From: Ginglymostoma cirratum
Taxonomy: Eukaryota
Length of the DNA stretch: 64,000 nt
Direction of reading: 5' to 3'
NCBI GenBank assembly: GCA_024137785.1
Contig: JAHRHZ010000081.1
Span: 15,323,245-15,387,244, forward strand
Positions 11,301-23,030 of this stretch are shown here, piece by piece. Every line of letters begins with the position of its first letter. Positions within the stretch are counted from its first letter, which is position 1. The notes beneath the pieces are model-generated. The model ran no database searches, was not told where the DNA came from, and saw nothing but the letters and a program-made list of their open reading frames with translations. A program made the position numbers and the translations under genes.

Positions 11301-14300
11301 CAGCGATCTTAAAACCACTGACAATCACATGCGGAATGAACTTCCTGATGAAGTGGTGGATGTGGGTACAGTTACAATGTTTACAAGACATTTGGATAAG
11401 CACATGAATGGGAAAGGTTTGGAGGGATATGGGCCAGGAGCAGACAAGTCGACTAGCTTAGTTTGGGATTATGTTCAGCATGGACTGGTTGGACCAAAGG
11501 GTCTGTTTCTGTGCTATGTGACTATGTGGAGCAAATACTGTAGCTATTAATGCGTGCTCATGCCATTTCCCAAGATACTAGCCTGACACCAGTGATTGGC
11601 AATGTTGTGCTGTGTGGAATCTGAGAGGATTTCAATTTCTGTGATGACAGTCATTTCCAAGAACTATGGTCTTATGGGAGAGGGGAGAGGTTGGTTGCAG
11701 TGGGTGACGGTACAGTACACGGAGGTAATAATGCATTGCCTGATGCTAGTTAACTCAAATTTTAATGCTCAGTTGAGGTAAAAGGATTATTGCAAGTAGC
11801 TTCCTTGCAGGGGCTGTGTTTGTGAGAAAATCTTAAATGGAATGTGCTGTGGTATGAGCTTTCACCAATATGAAAGAAAGTAGACAATACTAATGACATT
11901 TTTCAAGCCACTCAGCAGGTAATTGTAGATTACTGACACAATTGATAGATGCACCTGACCCATAGCAGTAATATACACAAGCAGACCCGTGAACAATCAA
12001 AGTGAGAGAGATCACCATTTCTTCAAAGTGGAATGTAACCTGTAAGAGAACCCTTCATACAACTGCACTGTCAGCGTGTGCTGCTGAGCTGAACCTGACT
12101 GATCGGAATCTCTGTCATGCTCCAGGACCATGAGTGAGGGCAGAGACTCCCAAAATGCTACATCCCACAGAGCCGTCATTTCTGGTGACATGGAGGTGAG
12201 GCTCCAAAGGAAGAGACATTGGTTTGTTCCTGAGTGAATTGAACTGCTTGTTTGGAATGAGGGTCGAATTGCGTGGCTTTTAGATAAGGAAATGTCTTTG
12301 CCGACTGTGACTATGTTCATCACAGACCTTCATTTCCTTACACACTAGAAGGGTTGTCTTCTGTCACTGCTATTTCGTGGTAAGGATAATGTAACCAGGA
12401 GGGCGTTTGGTTAGACTGCATTAACACAAACCGATGAAAGGACTTAATTTGTGGAGTTTTGTCTAGAGGCATGTCAATTGAAAAGACCTTCATCCTGATT
12501 TTATCAGATGATTTGAGAAGGGTCTTTAATTCCTTGCGAACATCTCTGAGGTGAATAATGATTGATTGTCAGTCAGGTGCACAACTGGGCATTAGCCTCT
12601 TGCCTCAGAGATAAAAGGTACTGCAGATGCTGGAGAATCCGAGATAACAAGCATGGGGCTGGATGAAGGGTTTAGGCCCGAAACGTCAAGTTTTCCTGCT
12701 CCTATGATGCTGCTTGACCTGCTGTGTTCATCCAGCCCCATGCTTGTTATCTAGCCACTTGCCATTGGTCCACCCTTAGGCAGTTTTCTGACCAAGAGAG
12801 TCTGTTTGATGTAGGGATGCCCACACTTATTATTTGCAGGGAGTTCCAGGATTTTAACCCAGTGGCAGTAAAGGAACAGTGATATATGTCCAAGTCAGGA
12901 TGGTGAGTGGCTTGGAGGAGGACTTGCAGAGGGTGGTGTTCCTATGCCCTCGTCCCTTCTTGTTGGTGAGGTCTCAGGTTTGGAAGGTGCAGTTGTTGAG
13001 TTGCTGCTGCTATGTGACAGTCACAGAGGGGAGTAAATGTTAAGTGTGGTGGATGGGGTGCCAATCAAGCAGGTTGGTTTAGTCCTGGATAATGTTGAGC
13101 TTCTGTAGTGTTGCTGGAGCTGCCCCATCCAGACCAGAGGAAGGTATTCCATCACACTGCTGAATGTGTCATGATAGCAGTAATATATGGACTCTCAATT
13201 TTCAGCTTCCATCATTTGCTTTTTAACTTCTGAGGCCTTTTGTGGGCTGAAGTGATTTTAAAAGGACGCAGATTGACCGGAAATGGCTGCAATGATTATG
13301 TGACCACAGACTGCATCAGGTAAACCAAAGTAGAATAAACAAAACAGAACTGCAGTTACTATTTTACCTAACGTCAATGCGACCAGACATTGAGTCAGAT
13401 CATCAAGAAATTCACATCTCCTACTGCACTTTGCTTGTGCTTGATACATATTGGACATGAAAGGTTGCCTGTGGATTACGCAGCTTGCAAGAAAACAGTG
13501 AAACTGAACATGGGAATACGCAAAGGACCTGTAGTTCAATCGCAGTAGCAACAGAAAAAAGGAGCTATAAATTGGTAGTAACAAGAACTGAAAGTCTCTC
13601 CCTCCCTCTGTTTTTCTCCCTGTTAAATTGTAAGATCTCAAGGACTCTAAGGACTTGTAAGTAGCATAGCCTTTTTCTCTTGTCTGTACACATCCTTTTC
13701 TAACCTTCGTGCCTATGTTGTGTACACGTTTGGTGATTTTTTTTTCATGGATTGTAAGTAATAAAACTGCTCCTACTTCCACTCAAGTAAAGCTAGTGAT
13801 CAGCTCCTTAATTTTAACAGCAATGTCATTGAAGTTTTGCAAAAAAGAAATTTAGTGATTTGTTGTTACTAAGAGGGACAGGGCCCCTCCACTCCTGGTT
13901 GTAACCCATTTTGGTGGCTTGGCTGGTGGAATTGGAATGGAGGAAAATAAATTGTTTTTAAAGAAAACTGGAAACTATGAAAGGATTTCCTTCAGACTGA
14001 TAATATCAAAGAACTAAGGTGCCCACTTTAAATGGTAAAGCTTTTGTGGAGCATAATGTTTGGCAATTAAATGCATCAACTTTGGAAGAATTTAAAGTGA
14101 TAGCTAGACATGTAAAGATGAAGTTTCACCCGAAAGCTAGAAAAACAGAAATTGCAAAACGGGCAGTGAAATGTCCAGAAGTGGAAATTGAAGGTAGCAG
14201 ATGCATTAAAATTGGAAAACCTGAGGGAAGTAGGACTTCAACAGAAAATAGAAGCAAATTTCACAAAAAAAGAAAAGTGAGGCTGGAAAGGGAAGAAGAG

Positions 14301-17300
14301 AGAGAGAGAGAGAGAGAGACGAGAACAAGAGCAGGGAGATGAAAGAGAATTCCATGAGCGGGAAAACCAAAGAGAAAGGGAGTTTAAATTGAGACAGCTC
14401 AAGCTTGACTAACTCATACCTAAGGGCTGAAGTATTCAGGTCCAGCCATTAAATCACTACACTGGATGTGGGAATGGTGTTTGCCTTCTTTATACCTTTT
14501 GACAGGTTAGCACAACTACTAAAGTGTCCAGTCCAACAATAAAATTTAAAGTCACCATAGTCTTGCTCTCATTGGAGTGAGAGAGACAACTGGTAGTGGT
14601 TTAACCTGAGGGCCCCCATGCCTCAGACAAAGGGGACAGGCTGAGAAGGTGGGTCCTTCACGGTAACCTTAGCTGGTGCAGGAACTGAACCTACACTTTT
14701 GGTAACGCTAACCAGCTGTCCAGCCAACTGAGCTAACCTACACTACAGCTATTGAGCAGGCAGATGAGGAAAGTTCATGAAGTTTGCTCTTTCATACCTG
14801 AGGGGAGAACCAGTGACTTTGAGACAGCAAAAGAGCTTATTTCAAGTGCGTGCTAATTCAAGCAAAAATTCTGCATCCTCAAGTAACAGTGTGAGCAGAC
14901 ATCCCTGAATTTGAATGGGCTTATCAGCTCACTTTTAACTGAAGTTTATGAGCACTTAAAATTAAGACCATGCATAAAAACTGCCTTCATGTAGTAATTC
15001 TTCTAGAGGATCTCCAAAACTGAATATCCTTTGCTCTCCGGGTGTACATGGAAGAACAGGAGGTGGTAACAGGGCCCAGCGTGGTAACTATTGGTGAGTT
15101 GCTGCCACTGTGGGTCAGTCACAGAGGGGAGTGGATGTTAAATGGGATGTCAGTCAAGCAGGTTGGTTTCGTCCTAGATGGTATTGAGCCCCTGCAGTGT
15201 TGTTGGAGCTGCACCATCCAGAGAAGGGGAAGGAATTCCAACACACTGCTGGCTTGTGGCATGATAATTAATGGACTCTCAATTTCAGCTTCCATCATTT
15301 CACTTTTAATTCCTGAGGCCTTTTGTAGTCTAAAGTGATGTTAAAAGGACATGCTGTGACCTGAAAGGGCTGCAATGATCACATGACCATGGATTGCATC
15401 AAATTAATCAATGCAAAATAAAGAAAACAGTCAGAACTGAAATTACCATTTTCTCTGAGGTCAATGAGACCAGTCGCTGAGTCAGAACATCAAGAAACTC
15501 ACATCCCCATAGGCTGATGATTATAAGACATGGACCATAACCTGGCTCACATAACAGAGAGTAATAAAGGTAAGGTGAGTATGCCTGAAGCAAGTGGAAC
15601 AGTCAAAGGAAGTTTGGCAGCTTGAGTAGAACCATCTCGGACTATTGCAAGAAGGGACCCAGTGGGAAATGGTCCCAAGTGTTTGCATTGCAGAGACCAG
15701 AGAGTATAAAGGAAAATTGTTTGTTCTGTCTGCCCCTAGAAACTCAAGCTGTGAAGCCATTGCGTGCAACATTAACATTGGTCACTGTCTGCTCAGGTCT
15801 GACTGTTGACCCTCAGAGCTCTCAAGAATCTTTGTCAAAAAGGAATGGTGACCACTCACTGTTTTAAACAGCTAGAAAGATACACCAGCATTCCCTGAGA
15901 CAGTCCTGGCTAAGCAGGGGAGAATCAAAAGGTTCTTCACCTGGAAGAACATTAAATCCCAGTGTGCTGGTAAAGAACTAATGGAAAAGATTATAAAGGA
16001 GCACTGGTTAAAGTTTACTCTGAGAGTGACTAGTATCAATGGGGACAGTGCCAGTACCAGGGATAGATGTCTTATTGGGAAACAACATGGTTTGGCAGCA
16101 AGATAGCTCCCTCAAATTGAAAAGGACAGTCCAGTTGACAGAAAAAAAAAAGTTGATAGCTAGTGACAGAAAGTTTGGGAGAACTAAGATTCACAGAGTG
16201 TAATAAATTCCTTGAGAATTGGCTCAAGGTGGGTCACTTACATTAACTCAGAGGGAAGTGACTTAAAAGGCCTGGAGCTGTTAGAGGTCCTTAAACCTGC
16301 TCAGGAAGGGTCATCTGAATGAAATGGGCCAAGGGAGGCCGACAGTATCAGAAATGGTCAGAACAGAATCCAAAGGGATTAGGTAGCAGAGAGTTAGGCC
16401 AGTCACCATAAAAGAAGGCAGGAGAAAGGGCCACGGAAGCTGACAATGGACGGCAAACCAGAACCAGAAATCTGGCTATCTGTACCCTCAGGGTATAATT
16501 ACAAGGGAAATCAATGGCATTCTCAAACAGGCCGAGGGTAAGTGAAGGTGAACCCTCACATAGTGAAAGAGCCGCAGGGGAGGATACTAGAACCTGAACA
16601 TCCACCTTGTAGCAGTAGTGTTCCAGGGAAAGTGAGGCATGTTCGGGACTCACCCCACAAAAGGGAAGCGAACATCCCCACCACAGGCACCGTTAGTGGT
16701 GGCCACCATTTAAACCGGGTACCACTAGGGCTCCAAGGAACAAAACCTCAAGCACCCCAGTCGGTTTGGTGTCGAGTTAAATGAGAATGAGGTATAGCAT
16801 TCAAGACCAGGCTCTCTGCAGGAGACAAACCTCAAATTAACACCGACCACCCTCTTAGAAGGGTCTCACTGCCTGGGGCAGCATTTATTGACCATCTCCA
16901 GTAGCCCTTGAGAAGGTGGTGGTGAGCTGCCTTCTTGAACCGCTGCAGTCCATTTGTACAGCACTTCTCTTCTGTCCCCACTGGTGATAATTAACCAGGG
17001 AGAACACCCCTGCTATTTGTAGAAACAGACTCAGGAGACCTTTTAAATTGGAAAGCAGTCGATGGCTCAGTTTAATGGCTCGTCTGGGTAGAAAAAAACG
17101 AAGAAATACAGAAAATAGGAGCAGGAGTAGGCCATTTGGCCCTTCAAGCCTGCTCCACCATTCAATATGATCATAGCTGATCATTCAACTCAGTACCCTG
17201 TTCCTGCATTTTCCCCATAATCCCTTGATTCCTTTAGCCCGAATGAACTGCTTCTTGAAAATATTCAATGTTTTGGCCTCGGTTGCTTTTGGTGGCAGTG

Positions 17301-18344
17301 AATTCCATAGGCTCACCACACTCTGGAACATCCTTCCTGCAACTAGGCTTGTTAGAATTTATTGGTTTCTACGAGATCCACCTGCATTCTTCTTCTAAGT
17401 TGACATGACCAACATCAATGGTAATGAATGGGTAAGTGAGTGGGGCAGAGCAGACAGGCAGGTGAGGTACCTGGATGAGTGGGTAGGCTAGATGAGACAG
17501 TAGGTGGATAGGGTGACCAGTGGGTGGGGTGATAGGTGGATAGAGTGGCAGTTAGGTGAGAGGGCAGGCAGTTGAGGTGGCAACTGGGTGAGTTGGTAGG
17601 TGGAGATGGCCACGGATAGATGAGGTGGTGAATCGGGTGGCCAAGGGGCCAGCGGGATGTGGTCGGGGTCATCAAGGACATAGCAGGACAGATAGCAATC
17701 ATGTACCAGAGGAGTGGCCAGGGATTAGGGGTATTTAGAGATCTGGAGGGTAGTCCACAAGTCTGGTGGGGTTGGGTGCCCATGTAAGTGTTTGGGGTGT
17801 CACTTCTGTAAGAGATATGATAGAACCCAAGAATTAGATTTTTTTTGTTTCCTAACATTTCCTGAGTAATTAACCAGGTCAGTATGTCAGAGCTGTCCAA
17901 AATCTGAGCTGTAATTCCGAATCAAGAGCTACTGCAGAAGACAGACTGACCCATTGGAAGTTGAAACTTCCTGGACCAAATCCTGATGTACATCCTGGAG
18001 CCTGGGAGATTTGAGCCTGTGTGTAATGACCAAGCGGGTAGAGGTGTAAGTTGTGGGGGACAATGTGACCTGGTAGTTACCTCTCGCTCTCTTGCTTTTC
18101 CAGGTGGCACACTGCAATCGCCCTGTTAGCTTCAAAGAAGGTGGATGTCAAACCTCTCATCACTCATCGTTTTGGACTGGAGCAGGCCCAGGAAGGATTT
18201 GAATGCGTGAAGAAGGGAGCTGGAATCAAAGTGGTCCTCAATTGTGAACAGCAGCAGTGCCCATCGCTGTGCCCACAGAACCAATGCGGCCAACAACAAT
18301 CACAATGCCAAACAAGACAGTGTCCCCAGCACAGCTTCTTCTGA
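5178..18344 (+). CDS. SORD: Sorbitol dehydrogenase-like gene, 3' part (join 5178-5356, 9275-9396, 18104-18344); 5' exons lie upstream of the window
   Basis: Three GT-AG exons in compatible phases translate to D..RLEKAK.LGA...ECTG, GG.VVLVGMG...[11 protein letters not shown] and [23 protein letters not shown], the medium-chain dehydrogenase/SORD C-terminal half. The neighbourhood (next to DUOX/DUOXA) matches known SORD synteny. Confidence 0.93.
6725..7130 (+). mobile_element. Penelope-like 3' end with tandem terminal-repeat fragments
   Basis: The block ctctccatggatgctgc-tgacc-gctgtgatctccagcattt occurs twice (~6746, ~7075). Homologous to the minus-strand element at 62945-63530. Confidence 0.6.
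8548..8678. mobile_element. Short Penelope-derived terminal fragment
   Basis: gataacaaggtgtggagctggatgaacacagcaggcc...gacgtttcgggcctagacccttc, then the inverted tail; imperfect flanking repeat tttcaaa(c/t)ttt. Confidence 0.7.
9275..9396 (+). CDS. SORD: SORD-like exon (equivalent to human exon 8)
   Basis: ttcacag|GCT GTC AAA...AAC AC|gtaagc, 122 bp; [41 protein letters not shown]. Confidence 0.95.
9618..9826. mobile_element. Fold-back Penelope-derived element with 14-bp target-site duplication
   Basis: Inverted arms of about 80 bp centred near 9700; AAAGAATAATTAAG at 9604-9617 and 9827-9840. Confidence 0.8.
10735..11525 (+). mobile_element. CR1 LINE 3' fragments (two pieces)
   Basis: YCVKFWSP-like coding remnant at 10740; 3' UTR motifs; ORF 11329 [24 protein letters not shown] is the CR1 ORF2 terminus. 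Confidence 0.75.
12607..12751. mobile_element. Short fold-back Penelope-derived element
   Basis: gataacaagcatggggctggatgaa ... ttcatccagccccatgcttgttatc inverted arms; flanked by tagcctcttgcc / tagccacttgcc. Confidence 0.75.
13167..16860 (+). mobile_element. Decayed Gmr1/Gypsy-like LTR retrotransposon (5' LTR ~13167-13906, gag/SCAN-like remnant)
   Basis: LTR-like ends TGTCATGA...GTTGTAAC followed by PBS-like TGGTGGC. Coiled-coil ORF 14019..14342, then remnants [28 protein letters not shown]...RVYMEEQ and ADDY, typical of SCAN-bearing gag. Confidence 0.65.
14555..14740 (-). mobile_element. tRNA-derived SINE nested in the LTR element
   Basis: Reverse complement starts GGTTAGCTCAGTTGGCTGGACAGCTGG with a B-box-like GGTTCAGTTCC; related copy at ~51160-51312. 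Confidence 0.65.
17095..17395 (-). mobile_element. CR1 LINE 3' fragment
   Basis: ataggagcaggagtaggccatttggcccttcaagcctgctccaccattcaat is the reverse complement of the CR1 3' UTR seen elsewhere in the window. Confidence 0.75.
18104..18344 (+). CDS. SORD: SORD-like terminal exon with Cys/Gln-rich extension
   Basis: ttttccag|G TGG CAC...; [79 protein letters not shown]. Confidence 0.95.
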
Positions 18345-18414
18345 TTGTTTTGTTTGCTCAATTACAGTTTTGACCACTGTAAAAGTAACATCACCCAGCC
18401 AATTGACCTTCTGC

Positions 18415-18420
18415 AATAAA
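18415..18420 (+). promoter_or_regulatory. Polyadenylation signal of the SORD-like gene
   Basis: AATAAA 70 nt after the stop codon, followed by GT-rich sequence (ctgtgtataactgtggtg). Confidence 0.65.
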
Positions 18421-18984
18421 CACTGTGTATAACTGTGGTGCCAGACCTCTCTTTATTTACATTGCATTGTCCCCACTCCAGTTTATGATCTATCTCCACT
18501 TCTAGCAGTAAATACAACATGAACAAATTTTGGATCTCCGAGGGATATGTAAAATGAATTATAGCCTCTCTGCTACCTGTTTTCAACCGGTTAGCTGTAG
18601 ACACCAGTCTGAGAGCTAAATCAGGCAAGTAGGGAGAGATTACTCCCATTGGCAGAAATACCAGAACTAGAGGATAACCATTTACAGAACACAAAGGCAA
18701 CATGAGGAAAATCTTTTATGCAGCAAGAGGATGTAGACTGCGTTGTGTGATGGTGTGGTGGAGACAAATTCAAAGAGATTTGGATAACTGAGGAGAGAAA
18801 GGTTTGCAGGGCTATGGACGAAAGGAGAGGGACTGGGGCCAGGTAAATTACTCTTGCAGAGAGTTGGCACGGACATGAGGGGATTAATTACCTCCTGTGT
18901 AGTTGTCTGAAAGTGCATCTACATATCCAATCACCCCACTTCCCATGCAGTAAGAGCGGGACAAAGTTCAGGCTCATATATTCA

Positions 18985-19660
18985 TGGAAAGTAAATGTGT
19001 GCCATGCAATTGCTGGGCAATGACCATTGCCAATAGGAGAGAATCTAACCATCACCTCACAACATTCAACACCATTAGCTCTGCTGCATCCCTTACTCTC
19101 AACATCCTGGGAGGTTACTGTTGACCAGGAAATTAACTAGACCAGGCATATCAATACAAGGGCACATTAAAAGTTGAAAACTGTGAATAGCTCACTTCCT
19201 GACTTCCCAAAGCCTGCCCATCTACAAGGCACAAGTCAGGAGTGTGACAGAATACTCCCCACTTGCCTGGATGGATGCAGCTCCAACAACACTCATGATG
19301 CTTGACACCATCCAAATACCAACTGTTAGATCAACACCCCATCAACCATGTTAAATATTCTCCACTAACAGTAAATAGCGGCAGCAGTTTGTACCATCTA
19401 TAGGATGTACTGCAACAACTCACCAAATCTTCTTTGGTAGCACCTTCCAAACCAAGACAATCCACCACCAAGAAGAGCAGGTGATGTATGCCAGCCCCAC
19501 CAGCTCCAAGTCCCCATATAAGGCACACACCATCCTAACTTGGAAATATATCACCATTCCTTCACTGTCACTAGTTCAATGTTCTGGGTAACAGCACACT
19601 GTGGGTTTCCCCACACCACATGGACTGCAGCTCACTACCACCTTGTCCAGGGTAACTGGG
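18985..19660 (+). mobile_element. Non-LTR retrotransposon 3' fragment (same family as 1-1172)
   Basis: Collinear similarity to 430-1110 (e.g. atctacaaggcacaagtcaggagtgtga-aatactccccacttgcctggatg). Confidence 0.8.
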
Positions 19661-20899
19661 GGTGATCTGCTGGCACCGAACTTCGCACACATGCCCAAGG
19701 AGAGGCCTTTCGGTGTTGGCATTTGCCCTTTTTCTTCCCATTTTGCGTCATCTCCACTTGGTGCGGGAGGTCTTGAAAACGACCTTTTAAAGGAGCATTG
19801 TGCAGGAATTGGAAAAATCTGAACACACGAGATTGTGACAGTGCAGCCAAGCCTTTGAGCAGTTTGCTTAGATTATCTGGTAGTAATGAGGAAATATGAA
19901 GTGAAACAGAAGAGGGAGTTCCTCTATCTGTGAAGTAGACATGGTGTCACTGTGGGAGTTGCCAGGAGGTTCGAAATCTTGTTTGTGTTGACAGTGTTAT
20001 GTCATGATGCTTGCAACAGAGGCTGAGAGAAGATTCATCATTTCACCAGGGTGTGCCCAAGTAGGAAATATTGCCCAACAAATTACTTAATACTCAGCTA
20101 ATATTCCGACAGGCGTAGCCTCTCACTCAAACGTGATGGGATTTAAATATTTCAATTACTTAAAATATGTGCCGCATTAGCAGCCGAAAATCTTGTCTCG
20201 GCCTTGCGTCTATTTTGCACTGACACATCCTTTCCAAACATGTTGAGGTAGGATTTTAATCTAAAGCCTGCCCATCAGAATGCAGCATGGAGGGAAGTCG
20301 TTCACCTTACATTAGAGCTGTTTTAGTGACTTTGATGGAGAGAAATATTACATATAAGAATGGAAATAATAGGAGCACAAAGCGAAAATACTCACTAATT
20401 AATAGAAACCTAATGCAAAGGGCATGCACATCACGGTTATACTTCATTTACAGCACTAATCACTTAAACCATAATGCAACTTTGCCTTAAATAAAACTTA
20501 CAGACAGCCAGCCTTCTCACTCACCCTCAACTGACCACTCAGGCATTGGGATAACACTGTAAACTTCTGCTGTTTCAGGAATATAATTTTTTGCTGGTTA
20601 ATCAAGACGGCCAGTTCATAAGCTGCCAGTTAAAGTGAAGTTATAACATGATAATGTAAATTCTTTTATTTAAACAATACTGTGGAATCATTCGGATCCG
20701 TCTGAAAGGCCAGGCAGGATTTTAGTTCAGTATTGGATGAAAAAGCCAGCACCTTCAACTGTGAGGTACTTCCTTGAACTGTCAGCCTAAAATATGCATC
20801 AAGCCTCTAGGCTATGCCTTTCCTCTGTCTCAGCTGTGACAATGCTGCCACTGAGCCATGAGTGATACTTATTTCAGTCAAACTGGGTGAGCACACAAA

Positions 20900-22660
20900 T
20901 TAAGCCTTGTGAGACCCCAGCTGGAGTATTGTGTTCAGTTTCGGTCTCCTTATCGTGCGACGGAGGGAGTGCAAGAAAGGTTTACCAAACTGGATCCTGG
21001 GACTGACATAAAAAGAGACACTGGATCGGCTAGGCCTATACTGACTGAGGTTTAGAAGAATGAGAGGGGGGATCTCATAGCAACCTCTAAAATTCTAACA
21101 GGACTAGACAGAATACACACATGAAGGATATTCCTCATGACCAAGGAAGTCCAGAACTAGGCCTCACAATCTAAGGGTATGGGGCAAGTCATTTAGGACA
21201 GAGATGAGGAGAAATGTCGTCACCCAGAGAGTGGTGAGCCTATGGAATTCTGTGCGCCAGAAAGCAGTTAAGGCAAAATCATTGAATGTTTTCAAGAAGG
21301 AGTTAGATATAGACCTTAGAATTAAAATGACCAAAGGGACATAGCAGGAGCATGTTACTGAGTTGGATGATCAGCCATGATCATATTGAATGATCATGAT
21401 CAGGGTCAAATGGCTTATTGCCGCCCCTATTTTCTGTGTTTCTCTGTTTAATTTATTCTGAATTCAAATGCTTAGACAATTCAATTAAATAATATAACCT
21501 CAGGGGTACATTTCTAAAGGTGGGGTGCAAGAGCAGATGTAGAGGGGGGGATAGAATTGTCATGTGGAAAAATACAGATTAATAGGAACTACCGACATGG
21601 ATTTCTTAATGGAAAACTATGTGTAACTAATATACTGCAGTTGTTGAACTGTTTAAAAAAGGGTTAATGAGGACAAGGTTGTCAACGCAGTGTACATAGT
21701 TTTCCAAAAGGCATTTGATTCAGTGTCATGCAATAGACTTGTGAGGAAAATTATAGCTTATGGATAAAATGGAACAAAAGTAACATGGATACAAAATTGA
21801 TTGAAGGATAGAAAACAAGAAGTAATGGTTAATGGGGTATTTTTCAAGCTAGAGAAAAATGCATAGTGGATTTCACATGGTCTAGATTTTGTATAGAAGA
21901 TAATTAACAAGTTTATAAATGAGACAAAATTTGAAAGTATTGTGGACTGTGAGGAGGATAGGATGAAGCTAGACTAAGGAACTTTTGCCAAATTTGAGTA
22001 TGATACTGGTTAAGCCTTCGCCAGATAAAAACCAAAAGAAGTGCGGATGCTGTAAATCAGTAATGAAAATAGAAATTGCTTGAAAAGGTCTGCAGGTTTG
22101 GCAGCATCTGTGGAGACAAATCAGAGTTAACATTTCAGGTCAAGTGACCGTTCCTCAGAATTGGAGTTTGTGTACGGTTATGCGTGCAACAGTTTAGAAA
22201 GTAGCTGAATGAATCGGAGAGAGTGTGGAAGAAGTTTATGAGAATGGTTCCAGGGATGAGGAACTTCACTGTGAATATAGATTTTAGAAATGAGAACTGC
22301 TTTCTTCAGACAGGAGAAGGGTAAAATGAGACTTGATAAGAGTTTTCAACATCCTAAGAGAACTGGACAAAGTAGATAAGGAGAAACGGTTCCCTCCGAT
22401 AAAAGAATCAAGTGTAAGAGGGCACAGATGTAAGGTAATTTGCAAAAGAAGGAAATGTGATGTGTTTTCATGCTACTTATACTTAGGGTACAGAACACAC
22501 CATCTGGAAGTGTGACAGAGGCAGATTCAATTAAGGCATTTAAGAGGGCATTAGATAACTATTTAAATAGAAACAACAGTCAGGAGTATGAAATCCATTC
22601 AGAGAGCTAATGCAGACCCAATGGGCTGAATTACCCCCTTCTGCATAATAAAACAGTACT
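20900..22660 (+). mobile_element. Cluster of CR1 LINE fragments with a nested Penelope fragment at ~22025-22162
   Basis: [13 protein letters not shown] remnant at 20910; RT remnant (FQKAFDSV) at 21700; ORF 22333 IRVFNILRELDKVD. Confidence 0.75.
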
Positions 22661-22724
22661 TGAATTGTGTAAATGACAGCACAGGGCAACCACTCTCTCA
22701 CATGACTGCTGCTATGAAATTTGG

Positions 22725-23030
22725 ACAGCACAGTAGCTCAGTGGTCAGCACTACTGCCTCACTATAGCCCAGGACCTGGGTTTGATTCCACCCTCAGGTG
22801 ACTGTCTGTTTGCACATTCTCCCCGTGTCTGTGTGGGTTTCCGCCCACAGTCCAAACATGTGCAGGCTAGGTGGATTGGCCATGCTAAATTACCCATCGT
22901 GTTCAGGGATATGTGGGTTAGCCATGGGAAATGTGGGGATGCAGGGATGGGGCAGGGAAGGCCCCACACTTTGGATTGTTAGAGTGGAGTTTATGGGCCA
23001 AAAGGCCAGTTTCCACACTGTAGGGATTGT
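22725..23030 (+). mobile_element. HE1-like SINE
   Basis: cagcacagtagctcagtggtcagcactactgcctcac...gggtttgattccaccc...ggattggccatgctaaatt. Confidence 0.85.

Noticed and set aside
13258-13782. 174-aa minus-strand ORF
   Set aside because: Antisense to an LTR, no motif; chance ORF.
15260-15510. Apparent 3' LTR
   Set aside because: Includes duplicated upstream flank, lacks the LTR 3' end and sits inside gag; treated as a local duplication.
17415-17900. 161-aa Pro/His-rich minus-strand ORF
   Set aside because: Reflects a G-rich low-complexity repeat-derived tract in the SORD intron.
22725-22800. tRNA-like A/B boxes here and at other SINE heads
   Set aside because: No complete cloverleaf; they continue into SINE bodies, so they are not tRNA genes.
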